From a virus (lineage: Duplodnaviria; Caudoviricetes), in IMG/VR virus record IMGVR_UViG_3300017544_000276, positions 1 through 44,413 of that record: 44,413 nucleotides of DNA; one strand, written 5' to 3'. The stretch's first letter is position 1. Every line of letters starts with the position of its first letter. Of the stretch, positions 26,109-35,399 are shown piece by piece. The notes beneath the pieces were generated by a model, which was not told the origin of the DNA, did not search any database, and saw only the letters and a list, made by a program, of their open reading frames with translations. The position numbers and the translations under genes were made by a program.

Positions 26109-28403
26109 TCAACGCGTAGCCTGCTCGTACTGATACTCGGCGTAGAAGTCTTCGACCTCTTCCTCGGTCGGCTTCCGGCCGAGCGCTTCCGTGAGCTTCA
26201 CCTCTACCTCGATGCGGTCGCGGAACGGGATCTTGTCGTAGTCGACATCGATCTCGACGCGCTGGCCATCAGCGAGATCACCCGCGCCATCCGTCTGGAA
26301 CCAGAACTGCTTTTGCTCGGTGAAGGCCGTCCACGGCGTCTTGGTCGGGTTCCACGCCGATTTCTCGACCCTGACGACGACGGGCAGCAGGAGCTTGTTG
26401 ATCATGGACTGCACGTCCATTTGGCTCGGCTCGCGTTCGTTCTGACGCTGGAACGCCTCCATTTCGGCGATCAGCGCGAGGTTGAACTGAGCCACCCGCG
26501 CGGCGTCTGCCTGGGCGTCCTTACTGTCGCCGGTGCGAATGCCTGCCGCCTTCAGATAGGGCTCGGCCTGATTGATGGCTGTGGTGAGCTTCAGACCTTC
26601 GGTCTTCGCCTTCTCGCCATCCTTCAGCGCCGAGGTCTGCAAGTCCGCCAGCGCCCGCACATCCTGACGTGAGATCCGGTCCATGTACTGCGTCAGGTCG
26701 ATCTCGGCGAACTCGCGCGGGTTCGATGCCGCATAGCGCTTCATGTCGTAGAGTAGCGTCTCGTCGGTCTGGATCGCCTCGCCGGTGGAACGCTTCTCCC
26801 AATAGCTCATGAGCTGCGTCATGCCCTCGATACCAATCTCGGCCTTGATGGTCGGATCGAGGTTGAACGGGTTGACGTTCTGTGTCTCCAGCATCTCGAA
26901 CGCCTGCGTCCGGATCTGCTTCTGCCGAGCGGCCTCCGCCTTCCCCTGGGCTTCGATCTGGCCATAGATCGCCTTGCGCGTCATCTCGCGCTCGTCCAAG
27001 TCCGAGATCTGGGAAAGCTGCTCCTCGATCTGGTCATAGGATGGCAGGCCGACGCGGCCAGCGACGCCAGGACCGCGCGGCCGGATCGTAGCGCCGGGCC
27101 CGGCCGCACTGTCGCCGCGCGAACCGACTGGCTCAATGTGCCACTTCTCCCACGACATCGGGAAATACATGCCGTAGTTGCCGGCATTCTTGTGGACCCA
27201 ATCCACGACCTCTTTCGGCGCCTTGTCGAGGCGGCGCCCGTTCCAATTCAGGTCGACGGCCTTGGCCGTGCCGTCTGCGCGCACCTCATGGTTCGAGCGG
27301 CCCGGCCGGGCCACCATGCGCCCGGAGCGATCCGAAGCGGCAAAAAGCCGTTCCTGGTGCTCGCGCGAGCGGTGACCGCTGGTGATGCCCAGGCCATCGC
27401 GGATCGACGGCGGTGCATCCTGGATCATGGTCGCAAGGTTCGTCGCGAACGCCTCATCCAGGTTGTCGATCGAGTAGGCCCCACGCGGTGCACGCTCGAT
27501 TAGGAACGCCCGCGCCCGCGTCGGTCCGGCCGAGCCGATCGTGCGGCCGGCCATCGGCGTCCGCTCGCCGCCACCGGCCTCGCTCGCCCGCTGGCGGCCA
27601 AGGCCGAGGATGCGAGCGGTGTGCTGCTTCACATGCTCCGTCTTCAGCGGCGTCTCGATCGCCGCGTCGAACTTTGCCTGATGCGGACCAGTGATCTGGC
27701 TCTTGTGCTGATCGTAGTAGGCCTTAGCCTTGATCGGATCATCGCCGGCCAGACGCAGCGCCGTGTTAGTCCGAAGCTCGGAGATGTATTCCGCTTCCCG
27801 GTTCTTCAGAACGTCTGCATCCCAACCCATCATGCGGGCCTGCTCGCGGATCTCCGCCTGCCCGGCCGCGATGTTAAATTCGACCTTCTTCGGATCGCTG
27901 TAGGCGGCGAGCGCCTCCTCAGCGAACGTGTTCAGCCGCGCGTTCGTGGCGTCTGTGAACCACTGCTTGCGAGCGCCGGCAGAGTGGACGATCGAGGTCT
28001 GCCGGATCGATTGAAGCCGCGCCTGCGATGCGTTCTGATAGTGCCGAGCGGCACCAGGCGTCAGGCCCGCGCCGAATTCCTTGCGCTTGGTCTCCGCCTG
28101 ATCCCAGAACCCGGCCCGCGCGTCGACGGCGTTCCGTCCTTCGAGCGTCATATAGCCGCCCTCGCCGTACATCGCCTCCATCTGCCATTTGGCATAGGCG
28201 TTGTCGGCCTCCTTCGCGCGAGCTGTATCCTCAAGCTCCCGCACCGCCGCGAACGCATCGCCCATCTGGTCGACACCCCGCGCCAGATCCAGCATGCCGC
28301 GGCCGATCGAAGCGCCGAATGCGCCGGGCGTGGAGCGATCCTCAAGGTTCGACTGGTAGGCCGGCCGAGCTTGAACATTCTGCTGATATTCTGGAACGCG
28401 CAT
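26109..28403 (-). CDS. Internal virion protein with an M15/VanY-like peptidoglycan peptidase domain
   Basis: ITSGHRS..HQ..LF, ARPGRSNHE, AVDL, WVHKNAGNYG, EKWHIE. Confidence 0.85.
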   Translation of the reverse strand: MRVPEYQQNVQARPAYQSNLEDRSTPGAFGASIGRGMLDLARGVDQMGDAFAAVRELEDTARAKEADNAYAKWQMEAMYGEGGYMTLEGRNAVDARAGFWDQAETKRKEFGAGLTPGAARHYQNASQARLQSIRQTSIVHSAGARKQWFTDATNARLNTFAEEALAAYSDPKKVEFNIAAGQAEIREQARMMGWDADVLKNREAEYISELRTNTALRLAGDDPIKAKAYYDQHKSQITGPHQAKFDAAIETPLKTEHVKQHTARILGLGRQRASEAGGGERTPMAGRTIGSAGPTRARAFLIERAPRGAYSIDNLDEAFATNLATMIQDAPPSIRDGLGITSGHRSREHQERLFAASDRSGRMVARPGRSNHEVRADGTAKAVDLNWNGRRLDKAPKEVVDWVHKNAGNYGMYFPMSWEKWHIEPVGSRGDSAAGPGATIRPRGPGVAGRVGLPSYDQIEEQLSQISDLDEREMTRKAIYGQIEAQGKAEAARQKQIRTQAFEMLETQNVNPFNLDPTIKAEIGIEGMTQLMSYWEKRSTGEAIQTDETLLYDMKRYAASNPREFAEIDLTQYMDRISRQDVRALADLQTSALKDGEKAKTEGLKLTTAINQAEPYLKAAGIRTGDSKDAQADAARVAQFNLALIAEMEAFQRQNEREPSQMDVQSMINKLLLPVVVRVEKSAWNPTKTPWTAFTEQKQFWFQTDGAGDLADGQRVEIDVDYDKIPFRDRIEVEVKLTEALGRKPTEEEVEDFYAEYQYEQATR

Positions 28404-28411
28404 CCTCTACC

Positions 28412-28942
28412 TCACGCGATCGAGCCGATGGTCGGCTGCCGATATTGCCCGTAGGCCTTTCCTACCCCGCCGAGCACCGTTCCGACCGCAGACAGGTATC
28501 CGCCCTTCTTGGCCGCGTCGCCTTCCATCCGGCTCATCTCGGCGCCGGATCTCTGATTGGTCGCGTCGACACGGCGATCGTACGCCTCGCGATAGCTGTT
28601 CGACCGAATGGTGAGCGCATCGAGTTCCCCCATGACGGCGGTATCGACGATGGTGTCGAGCGGGGAGCCGAACGACAGATCGACGCCGCTCGCCGCATAG
28701 GCTACCTTCTGCTGCCCGAGGAGCTTCTGAACCTCGGCGCGCTTCCGCTGCTCTTCGTCTTCACCACGCTCAATCGCGTCGCGCGCGCGGCGCTCCGAGA
28801 TCGTGGCGTTCATTTCTTGAACCTTGGCGGAATACTCCGATTGCGCCGCAATCGCCTCGCCCTGTTGCGCCGCCCCCATGGCGCCGAGCATCGTCGAGCC
28901 GAGCGTCGCCCCCAGCGTCAGGATCATCGAGAGTTCGCACAT
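28412..28942 (-). CDS. Internal virion protein (T7 gp14-like position)
   Basis: MCE start with hydrophobic N-terminus; AASGVDLSFGSPLD. Confidence 0.78.
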   Translation of the reverse strand: MCELSMILTLGATLGSTMLGAMGAAQQGEAIAAQSEYSAKVQEMNATISERRARDAIERGEDEEQRKRAEVQKLLGQQKVAYAASGVDLSFGSPLDTIVDTAVMGELDALTIRSNSYREAYDRRVDATNQRSGAEMSRMEGDAAKKGGYLSAVGTVLGGVGKAYGQYRQPTIGSIA

Positions 28943-29412
28943 CAGTCGGCCCTCATCTCGAACAGGTGAAAGGCAAAGCCGTTCACCTCCATTGGCTCGG
29001 ACAACGTGAAGCCGAGCCACCGAAGCCATCGGATCGATGCTCGATTGCGCACGTCGACGACGTTCCTCAGCGTTGAATACCGGCGCAACAGTTGCGTCCG
29101 CCACTCGACTGAGATCCGCAGGAACGCGACACGGTTTTCCTCAACGGCATCGGTGCCGAGCAGCCAGGGCGCGCCGACGCCGGCAAGCACGTTGAGATCG
29201 CCCGCGCCGAACATCACTTCGGGCCGTCCGTCGACCATGCCGGTCCAGGCCGCGGCGGATTTCCGCAGCGAGAACACCAGCGCCTCGGCTGGAGATCGCC
29301 CGGAGGCGGCGAATACCTCGTCGCGATCCGCCTGCCGCATCCGCCGAGCAACAGATCGGACATGCGCGGCGCGCGCGGGAATGACTTCGATATCAGCGGC
29401 CAACGACAACAT
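28942..29412 (-). CDS. GNAT-like virion assembly protein (T7 gp13/DUF2833-like)
   Basis: MRQADRDE, PWLLGTD, NVVDVRNRASIRWLRWLGF. Start could be the TTG at 29403. Confidence 0.75.
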   Translation of the reverse strand: MLSLAADIEVIPARAAHVRSVARRMRQADRDEVFAASGRSPAEALVFSLRKSAAAWTGMVDGRPEVMFGAGDLNVLAGVGAPWLLGTDAVEENRVAFLRISVEWRTQLLRRYSTLRNVVDVRNRASIRWLRWLGFTLSEPMEVNGFAFHLFEMRAD

Positions 29413-31810
29413 CCGGCATGAGGGCGAGGATCGTCATCGGCAGGGGATCGAATTGCTTCACCCACATGCTGCCGCTCGTGGTCCAGTCCCACGCCGGCGT
29501 GATCGGGATATCGCCCGTATAGAGACGGATCGCCTCGTTCCAGGCCTCAGCCTGCCGCTGCTTGTACTCGACCAGGTGCTCGTCACCTCGCTCGCCGTCT
29601 CGCGGTCCAATGAAGATCCCGCGCGTACGCTCCACCCTGAGCGTCACCTCGGCGACGGATTTCATGCGCCCCTGTACCGTGCCGAGGTTCTGGACCATGC
29701 CGAGGTCCAGTTCCAATGACTGCAAGCTCGCCACCATGGGCAGGCCTACATGAACCTTGCTCGCGGCATTCGGCAGCGTGACAGAGCCGCCAATCACCTT
29801 CAGGCCCCGTACAACGTTGCCATCTGCGAGGGCTACGACATCCTGGCCTTCCAGGTGGTCGAGCCCCGAAATAGTCGTCGCTGGAGCGCCGGTATAGGTC
29901 AGCCCACAGTCGACGAAGAACGCATCCTCGACCGCCGAGAACGACCGCGTGTGCAGCCGCTCAATGTATCGCTTCTGGATACCGCCGATCGTCCGTCGAA
30001 CGACGAAGTACGGCACATCCTCGGAGCCCTCGGCGATGACTGCCACTGCCTCGAACTTCGCGTCATTGTTCGGGCCGGAGTGGTGCCGGGTCCATCCCCA
30101 CACATCATGCTCTTTGAGGTAGGTCAGGCTGACGAGCGATCCGTCGTCGAGCACCGCCCAGACGATGGAGAACGGCGCCTGAGCATAGGCCCAGGATTTG
30201 ATCTCCTTTCGCTCGAACAGGTGCCGGGCCAGGATCGTGAGATCCTTGCCGTCAAAGCCGTCATTGGCGAAATCGAAAGAGAAGTCGCGCACGACGCCGC
30301 CGCGCGCCTGGGCGAACAGGACCGTGTTGCCGACGACGATGGGCTGCACGCGCGCCGCGCCGCGGTATCCCTGATTGTCCACCTTGATCGCGTTCGGGGC
30401 GATGGCGTCAGACTGAGATCCCCCGCTGATCAGCCATTCGGCACCAGAAGTCAGCGCCATCATGCCCTTGACGGCGACAAGAGCCCGGATTTCGTTGGCC
30501 TGTGTCGACTTGATGCGGAACGTGATCGCGTCGCTCGCCTTCGCCGGGCTTGCGACACCGAAATTCTCGTAGTTGGCCGTCTGGGACATCCAGACGCCTT
30601 GGGGCTCCTCGCGCGTGGACGCGAAGGCGAGGCGCTGCTCGATGAACGCCGAGACGCGGGGATATTTGCCGGCAGCATTGAAGGGGTTGCGAGAGGACTG
30701 AGGGCCGTCCGCAATATCCGCGACCACGTTGCGGTCTGTGAAGCTCGTCGTTTCCGAGCGGCCAATGTACCCGTATACGCCGTTGCTCTCCTTGTAGATG
30801 ATGTATTCGGACGCGCCCGCGACGGGAGACCAGACAATCGTATTTCGGTTGGTCGCATACCTCAGATTGTTGGTCGTGACCGCAGCGGCAGAGGGCAAAC
30901 TCTCCTCGTCCGTGTCTGCCGAAATCGCTGACACCACGTATCGCATCGTCTCTCCCCAGACGACGGCCAAGGCGAACCCTGTCGGCGTTGCGGGCGCACC
31001 GGGAGATGCGGCGGAAGGCGCCTGCGGCGAGACGCCATTGATGTTGTACTGGTCGATGATCGCTTCAGGCTCGCCAACTTCAACGAGCAAGCCGGTATCC
31101 TCACCGTTCACGCGGTAGATGCGATACGAGGTCGCGCCGGAAACGGGGTTCCAGGTGAACCGATATGTGCGTCCGTCATCCTTGCCGTTTTCCCATAGGA
31201 GCCACCGGGTGACGATCGAGGAGGGAGCACTCTCGAGATTTCCGGGGCCGAGAGCCGTGACGCGAAAATGAACCTCGCCACCATCGCCGTTGCGTCGGTT
31301 GAAATAGGATGAGGCGGTCACGGTCGTCGGCGGCTGGATCGTCGGCGCGAATGAAAGCGCGCTGATGGACCAGCTATCTTCAGCCAAGCGCGCCAGCTTG
31401 CGGGGCGCAAAATCCTCGTGCGTCGCGTATGCGATATCGTTCTCTTGGTTGAACACCAGCCGATCCAGCGCCGAGCTCGGATAGGGCGTCACCACCTCAT
31501 ACGGAAGGCCGCCGGCTGTGATCACAGCGCCGTCCTTGAACACGCGCATGTAGTTGTGGCCGACCTCCAGCATATAGGTCTGCTCGGAATTGAACTGGAA
31601 CGGCTGGAGCAGCGTCGGCTTGGTGCTGTCCTTCACCTCGCGCACGAACTCGGTTCCTGCCCGGTTGGATGCGCCGCCGTGCGGATGGATGAACAGGTTG
31701 ATCGCCGTCTTAAGTCCGCTGCCGAACTTCGTCAGGTCGATACGGGCGCCGAGGGCCGGCGACAGTTCGCCGGCAGTGAACGACGGCTGATAGGTCCGCA
31801 ACTCCGCCAT
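29393..31810 (-). CDS. Tail tubular protein B (nozzle)
   Basis: QPSFTAGELSP, PHGGASNRAGT, FQFNSEQTY, WGWTRH; 805 aa in the canonical position. Confidence 0.88.
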   Translation of the reverse strand: MAELRTYQPSFTAGELSPALGARIDLTKFGSGLKTAINLFIHPHGGASNRAGTEFVREVKDSTKPTLLQPFQFNSEQTYMLEVGHNYMRVFKDGAVITAGGLPYEVVTPYPSSALDRLVFNQENDIAYATHEDFAPRKLARLAEDSWSISALSFAPTIQPPTTVTASSYFNRRNGDGGEVHFRVTALGPGNLESAPSSIVTRWLLWENGKDDGRTYRFTWNPVSGATSYRIYRVNGEDTGLLVEVGEPEAIIDQYNINGVSPQAPSAASPGAPATPTGFALAVVWGETMRYVVSAISADTDEESLPSAAAVTTNNLRYATNRNTIVWSPVAGASEYIIYKESNGVYGYIGRSETTSFTDRNVVADIADGPQSSRNPFNAAGKYPRVSAFIEQRLAFASTREEPQGVWMSQTANYENFGVASPAKASDAITFRIKSTQANEIRALVAVKGMMALTSGAEWLISGGSQSDAIAPNAIKVDNQGYRGAARVQPIVVGNTVLFAQARGGVVRDFSFDFANDGFDGKDLTILARHLFERKEIKSWAYAQAPFSIVWAVLDDGSLVSLTYLKEHDVWGWTRHHSGPNNDAKFEAVAVIAEGSEDVPYFVVRRTIGGIQKRYIERLHTRSFSAVEDAFFVDCGLTYTGAPATTISGLDHLEGQDVVALADGNVVRGLKVIGGSVTLPNAASKVHVGLPMVASLQSLELDLGMVQNLGTVQGRMKSVAEVTLRVERTRGIFIGPRDGERGDEHLVEYKQRQAEAWNEAIRLYTGDIPITPAWDWTTSGSMWVKQFDPLPMTILALMPDVVVGR

Positions 31811-32394
31811 CAGCCGCGCCCCGTCACGAATTCGCTCTCATGGTCCGACGTCTCGCGAACCTCGTTGGCATCGGCCACCGCGGCGAGCGACTGCATTTGC
31901 ATGGCCAGCTCGTAGGCCTCCGCCCTGACCTTCGGATCTCGCGTCAACGGGATCGCCAGCCGCACCGCCAAGTGGCTGGAGAGAGCTTCGATGAAGAGCG
32001 GCGTGAACTGCGTCACGTCGACGTCTTTGGTCGTGAAATGAAGGAAGGCGGGCGACAGGTCGCAATAGATGGCTTGCGCCCTCGCGTCGTAGGGATGGTG
32101 CGGCGCGCCGCCTTCCATCAAGCGCCGCTCCGGCTGCACCCAACGGATTTTGAGGCAGTCGGTGGGGCGCGCGTAGGCGTAGGACCATTCCCCGGCAAGG
32201 TCATTGGCGACCTGGGCGAGCGACTGCATCCGCCCCGCGAAGCGCCACGGGTAAACGCTCAGGAGCACGTCGCGGGTCTGCTCATAGAACTGGCGACAGG
32301 CGCGCGCCTCGGCGCTCGCCTCGTTCAGATCCGCGATGTTGTTCTTGCCGATGTTCGACAGGGCGAGATTGCAGATCGCCACAACGCTGGTCAT
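31810..32394 (-). CDS. Tail tubular protein A (adaptor)
   Basis: ICNLALSNIG, YPWRFA, WSYAYARPTDCL, FIEALS..LA. Confidence 0.88.
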   Translation of the reverse strand: MTSVVAICNLALSNIGKNNIADLNEASAEARACRQFYEQTRDVLLSVYPWRFAGRMQSLAQVANDLAGEWSYAYARPTDCLKIRWVQPERRLMEGGAPHHPYDARAQAIYCDLSPAFLHFTTKDVDVTQFTPLFIEALSSHLAVRLAIPLTRDPKVRAEAYELAMQMQSLAAVADANEVRETSDHESEFVTGRG

Positions 32395-32423
32395 GCCGCC
32401 AACCTATGTCGGGTAGATGGGAT

Positions 32424-32445
32424 GGCAGGGCGCGAACGCCCTGCC
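32424..32445 (-). other. RNA hairpin with UUCG loop after the capsid-associated genes
   Basis: Minus strand GGCAGGGCG-TTCG-CGCCCTGCC; no U-tract. Confidence 0.55.
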
Positions 32446-32447
32446 CT

Positions 32448-32759
32448 TTACTCCGCCACGGCCTGGGGAGGCATCCAGTCGGGCTCAGGGCCGCCGAGCG
32501 CTTCAACGATGCCGTTGCCCTTGCCAACCGTCACCGGCTCCGGAGCATCACCGAAAGGCTCAGGCTCGGCAGCAGCCTTGGCTTTCGCCTTGCCCTTGCC
32601 CTTGACGGGCGCAGGGGCCGGCTCATCGGTGGAGCCGTCGTCACTGACCGCCTCCATCCATTTCGGCATCGGGCCTGGGCCGGTGAACACGAACACATCA
32701 CCTTCCGCCCGCACGACGTCGCCGTAATATCCGCGCTCGATGGCGCGCACCTCAGCCAC
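32448..32759 (-). CDS. Hypothetical virion-associated protein
   Basis: VRAIERGYYG..RAEGDVF..PKWME pattern, in the usual position after cement genes. Confidence 0.65.
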   Translation of the reverse strand: MAEVRAIERGYYGDVVRAEGDVFVFTGPGPMPKWMEAVSDDGSTDEPAPAPVKGKGKAKAKAAAEPEPFGDAPEPVTVGKGNGIVEALGGPEPDWMPPQAVAE

Positions 32760-33156
32760 GGGAGTTATCCCCCAGCACGACGCCGGCCGTGACCTTGCCA
32801 GCCGTCGGCGCGGTGCCGGCGACCGTGTAGTTCAGGCGCAGGTAGCGCTTGTTGAGGTTGCGCGGCAGGACGTCGAGCGAGGCGCGATAGCCAGCCTTCA
32901 GGTCAGCGACCGGGATGGGGCCGGTCGTGGCGATATCGGCCCAGCCGGAGCCCTCGGCGTCGCTCTGCTGGACGGAAACGGCCAGAGACGTCAGGGTCGC
33001 GAACGCCTCGACGACCTGGACCACCAGCGGGATCTTGGAGCCGAAGCCCGTTTCCCGCTTGTGCTTGATCGGGCCGAGGTCGATGACATTGGTGCTCGCC
33101 GCCGTGGCAGTGATCGCCTGCGCATCGGAAAGGAGCGTCTGCTTGTCGAAGATCAT
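32752..33156 (-). CDS. Capsid cement/decoration protein (Bbp16-like)
   Basis: MIFDKQTLLSDAQAITATAASTNVIDLG...RYLRLNYTV..GKVTAG. Confidence 0.85.
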   Translation of the reverse strand: MIFDKQTLLSDAQAITATAASTNVIDLGPIKHKRETGFGSKIPLVVQVVEAFATLTSLAVSVQQSDAEGSGWADIATTGPIPVADLKAGYRASLDVLPRNLNKRYLRLNYTVAGTAPTAGKVTAGVVLGDNSRG

Positions 33157-33182
33157 TGGAGGAAACCCTTCTGTTGCGAGAT

Positions 33183-33203
33183 CCCGCCGCCAGCGGCGGC
33201 GGG
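33183..33203 (-). other. GC hairpin just downstream of the MCP stop
   Basis: CCCGCCGCC-agc-GGCGGCGGG. Confidence 0.5.
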
Positions 33204-33218
33204 TATGCGCAGGACCGA

Positions 33219-34244
33219 TTACGCGGCCGGAACGTTGGCCTCGTTGCTGAGGAGGGCATCACACTCGCGGATCGGAAGGCCGCGCCAGGTCAGCACCTCC
33301 TTGCCCTCGATCTCGGTCGGGTTCAGCCGCAGCGCCGAGCGGATCGCCGAGGCGCCGGAACCGCCGGTTGCCGACGCCAGCTTGTCGAGGACTTCCAGCA
33401 GAGCGCCATTCATGTAGATGGCGATGCGGGCGCCCTTGGCGTCGCGGCGGCGGGAATGCAGGCGGTAGTAGGCCGTCGTCATCAGCTCGTAGAGATCGAC
33501 ATCACCGGCGAGCGCGGCCTCGACATCGATGTTGCAGATGCGCGCGTTGTAGCGCCAATCGGCGACAGCCAGACCCGTATGCCAGGTCCAGAGGCTTTCC
33601 TTCACGAAGTAGGGATTGCCGGCCCCATCGACGACGCGCTGCTCGCCCTTGTCCTCGTGCGTGACGCCTGCGGACGTGCCCTCGGGATAGAGCAGCGTCG
33701 TGGCGTAGTCCGACCAGTTGACGAACCAGATCGAGGCGTTGGCATTGGCCGAGCCGCCGGCATTGATGACCTGCCGGCTCGCGTCGGTTGCCGTGCGAGC
33801 GCCATACGCACCGTAGCGCGGGGCGAGGCCCTTGAACTTCTCCGGCGACGTCGCGGTGTTGTGGTAGAAAACGCCGGTCGCCATCTCCTGGGCCATGGCT
33901 TCGAGGAACGGCTGAGCCGACGTCAGGCGCGCCTTGGCCTTGTCCTTCGCCAGCTTGAGCAGGCGCGCGTCGATGCTGGACATGGTTTCGAGGAAGCCGG
34001 TCGTGTCATCGACCTGCTGCACGGTGCTCTTGCTCTGCGGGACGCCCTGATAGAGGCGGCCCCAGGCGACGCCCGGCAGGCCGGTACGGATCATGTGGCG
34101 ATGGACGCTGCCCATGTTGCACTGCGTCGCGATCGCGTCGTCGAGAACCGGATTGTACTGGTTCAGGATCTCGATGATATCGCCCGTCCCGCCGGCGCGA
34201 TGGGCGTCGATGAGCTGCGGGAAAGTGCTGCCGATAGTAGCCAT
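33219..34244 (-). CDS. Major capsid protein (BPP-1 Bbp17/epsilon15 gp7-like)
   Basis: IIEILNQYNPVLDD, RTGLP, FKGLAPRY, ADWRYNARICNID, GLPIRECDALL. Confidence 0.92.
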   Translation of the reverse strand: MATIGSTFPQLIDAHRAGGTGDIIEILNQYNPVLDDAIATQCNMGSVHRHMIRTGLPGVAWGRLYQGVPQSKSTVQQVDDTTGFLETMSSIDARLLKLAKDKAKARLTSAQPFLEAMAQEMATGVFYHNTATSPEKFKGLAPRYGAYGARTATDASRQVINAGGSANANASIWFVNWSDYATTLLYPEGTSAGVTHEDKGEQRVVDGAGNPYFVKESLWTWHTGLAVADWRYNARICNIDVEAALAGDVDLYELMTTAYYRLHSRRRDAKGARIAIYMNGALLEVLDKLASATGGSGASAIRSALRLNPTEIEGKEVLTWRGLPIRECDALLSNEANVPAA

Positions 34245-34252
34245 TTTTCAGA

Positions 34253-35047
34253 TCACCCTTTCGGTGCGTCGTTCGGGAACAGACGGTGTGCAGTCTCGGC
34301 CGGCCTTCCCGTCCCTCCCGTGCCACCTGCGGCCGGGTTGTCCTCTTTGGTCATGGCGCCGACCTTCGCGAAGACACGGATAAGCTCCGGATGGTTGCCT
34401 CCACCACTGGCCTCCAGGTACTCGCGCAGAGCCGGCGTCCCGAGCGTCGTGAGCGCTCGGCGCGCGTCCGCAACAGTCGCGTCCCACTTCGGGCCGCCGA
34501 TCTCCGGATCATTCTTGGCCGTATCGACCCAGCCGGCGACGGTCTTGCCCCAATCCTCGGTGCGGGCCTTCATTCGCTCGGTCTGCTTGGCGATGAACTT
34601 GTCGGTGAGCGCCTGCGCCTGGCGGCTGGTCAGCCCGGCCGCCTTGAATTCCGGCGACAGTTCGTCGAGCAATTCCTGATCGACCTGCACGCCGTCCGGC
34701 ATGGTGAGCGTGTACTTGCCGTCATCCGGCACCTTGTCGAGCGGATCGTCGGACTTCTCGGCCGGCTTCGTCTTGTCGTGCTCGGCCTTCGCCGCGGCGT
34801 TCTCCTCGTCGGTCTTGTTCGGATCGGGCTCGTATTCCTTCCAGTCGCCGGCCCCGTCACTGCCGCCCTCGACCTTCTCGTCACCGCTGCCGCCGTCCCC
34901 GCCCTTGTCGCCCTCGTCGTCTCCCTCGTTCGGGAACAGCACGCTCGCGCCCGATGCCGGCGGCACATCGCCACCGCCGCCCGACCCGCCTTCATCCGGC
35001 GGCGAAAACATCGTGCGCGAGAGAAGGCGCTCAAGCAGTCTCGTCAT
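34253..35047 (-). CDS. Capsid scaffolding protein
   Basis: Acidic N-terminus, DPEIGG, GNHPELIRVF, HRLFP; lies just upstream of the MCP. Confidence 0.82.
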   Translation of the reverse strand: MTRLLERLLSRTMFSPPDEGGSGGGGDVPPASGASVLFPNEGDDEGDKGGDGGSGDEKVEGGSDGAGDWKEYEPDPNKTDEENAAAKAEHDKTKPAEKSDDPLDKVPDDGKYTLTMPDGVQVDQELLDELSPEFKAAGLTSRQAQALTDKFIAKQTERMKARTEDWGKTVAGWVDTAKNDPEIGGPKWDATVADARRALTTLGTPALREYLEASGGGNHPELIRVFAKVGAMTKEDNPAAGGTGGTGRPAETAHRLFPNDAPKG

Positions 35048-35378
35048 CGTCGTTCTCCATGTTGCGGGCGCGGGCCTCTGCCTCGGCCTTGTCGCTTTCT
35101 CGGATTTCGGCCATGTCGAGCAGCAGTTGCGGGTACAGACGCGGATCGATCTGATCCAACTGCTCGATGAGGCGCCGGCCGGGCGCCTGCCCTCCCAGGG
35201 CATAGTTCGTGGCGTTGTTCTCGCCGCTGTAGGCGTCGCGATAGATCCCGCACCGCTCCAGCATCCAGAAGATGACCCGGCGGCCGTCCTCGCCCTTCAG
35301 CAGCGTGCGGAATGCCTTCTCAGTGCGCTCGCGCTCGATCGCCTGTTGCGGCGTCATGTGCTCGGTCAACATCGTCAT
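35031..35378 (-). CDS. Bbp19-like head assembly protein
   Basis: DGRRVIFWMLERCG...TNYALG; lies between portal and scaffold. Confidence 0.75.
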   Translation of the reverse strand: MTMLTEHMTPQQAIERERTEKAFRTLLKGEDGRRVIFWMLERCGIYRDAYSGENNATNYALGGQAPGRRLIEQLDQIDPRLYPQLLLDMAEIRESDKAEAEARARNMENDDDETA

Positions 35379-35399
35379 GCGATTTTCACATCATCCTGC

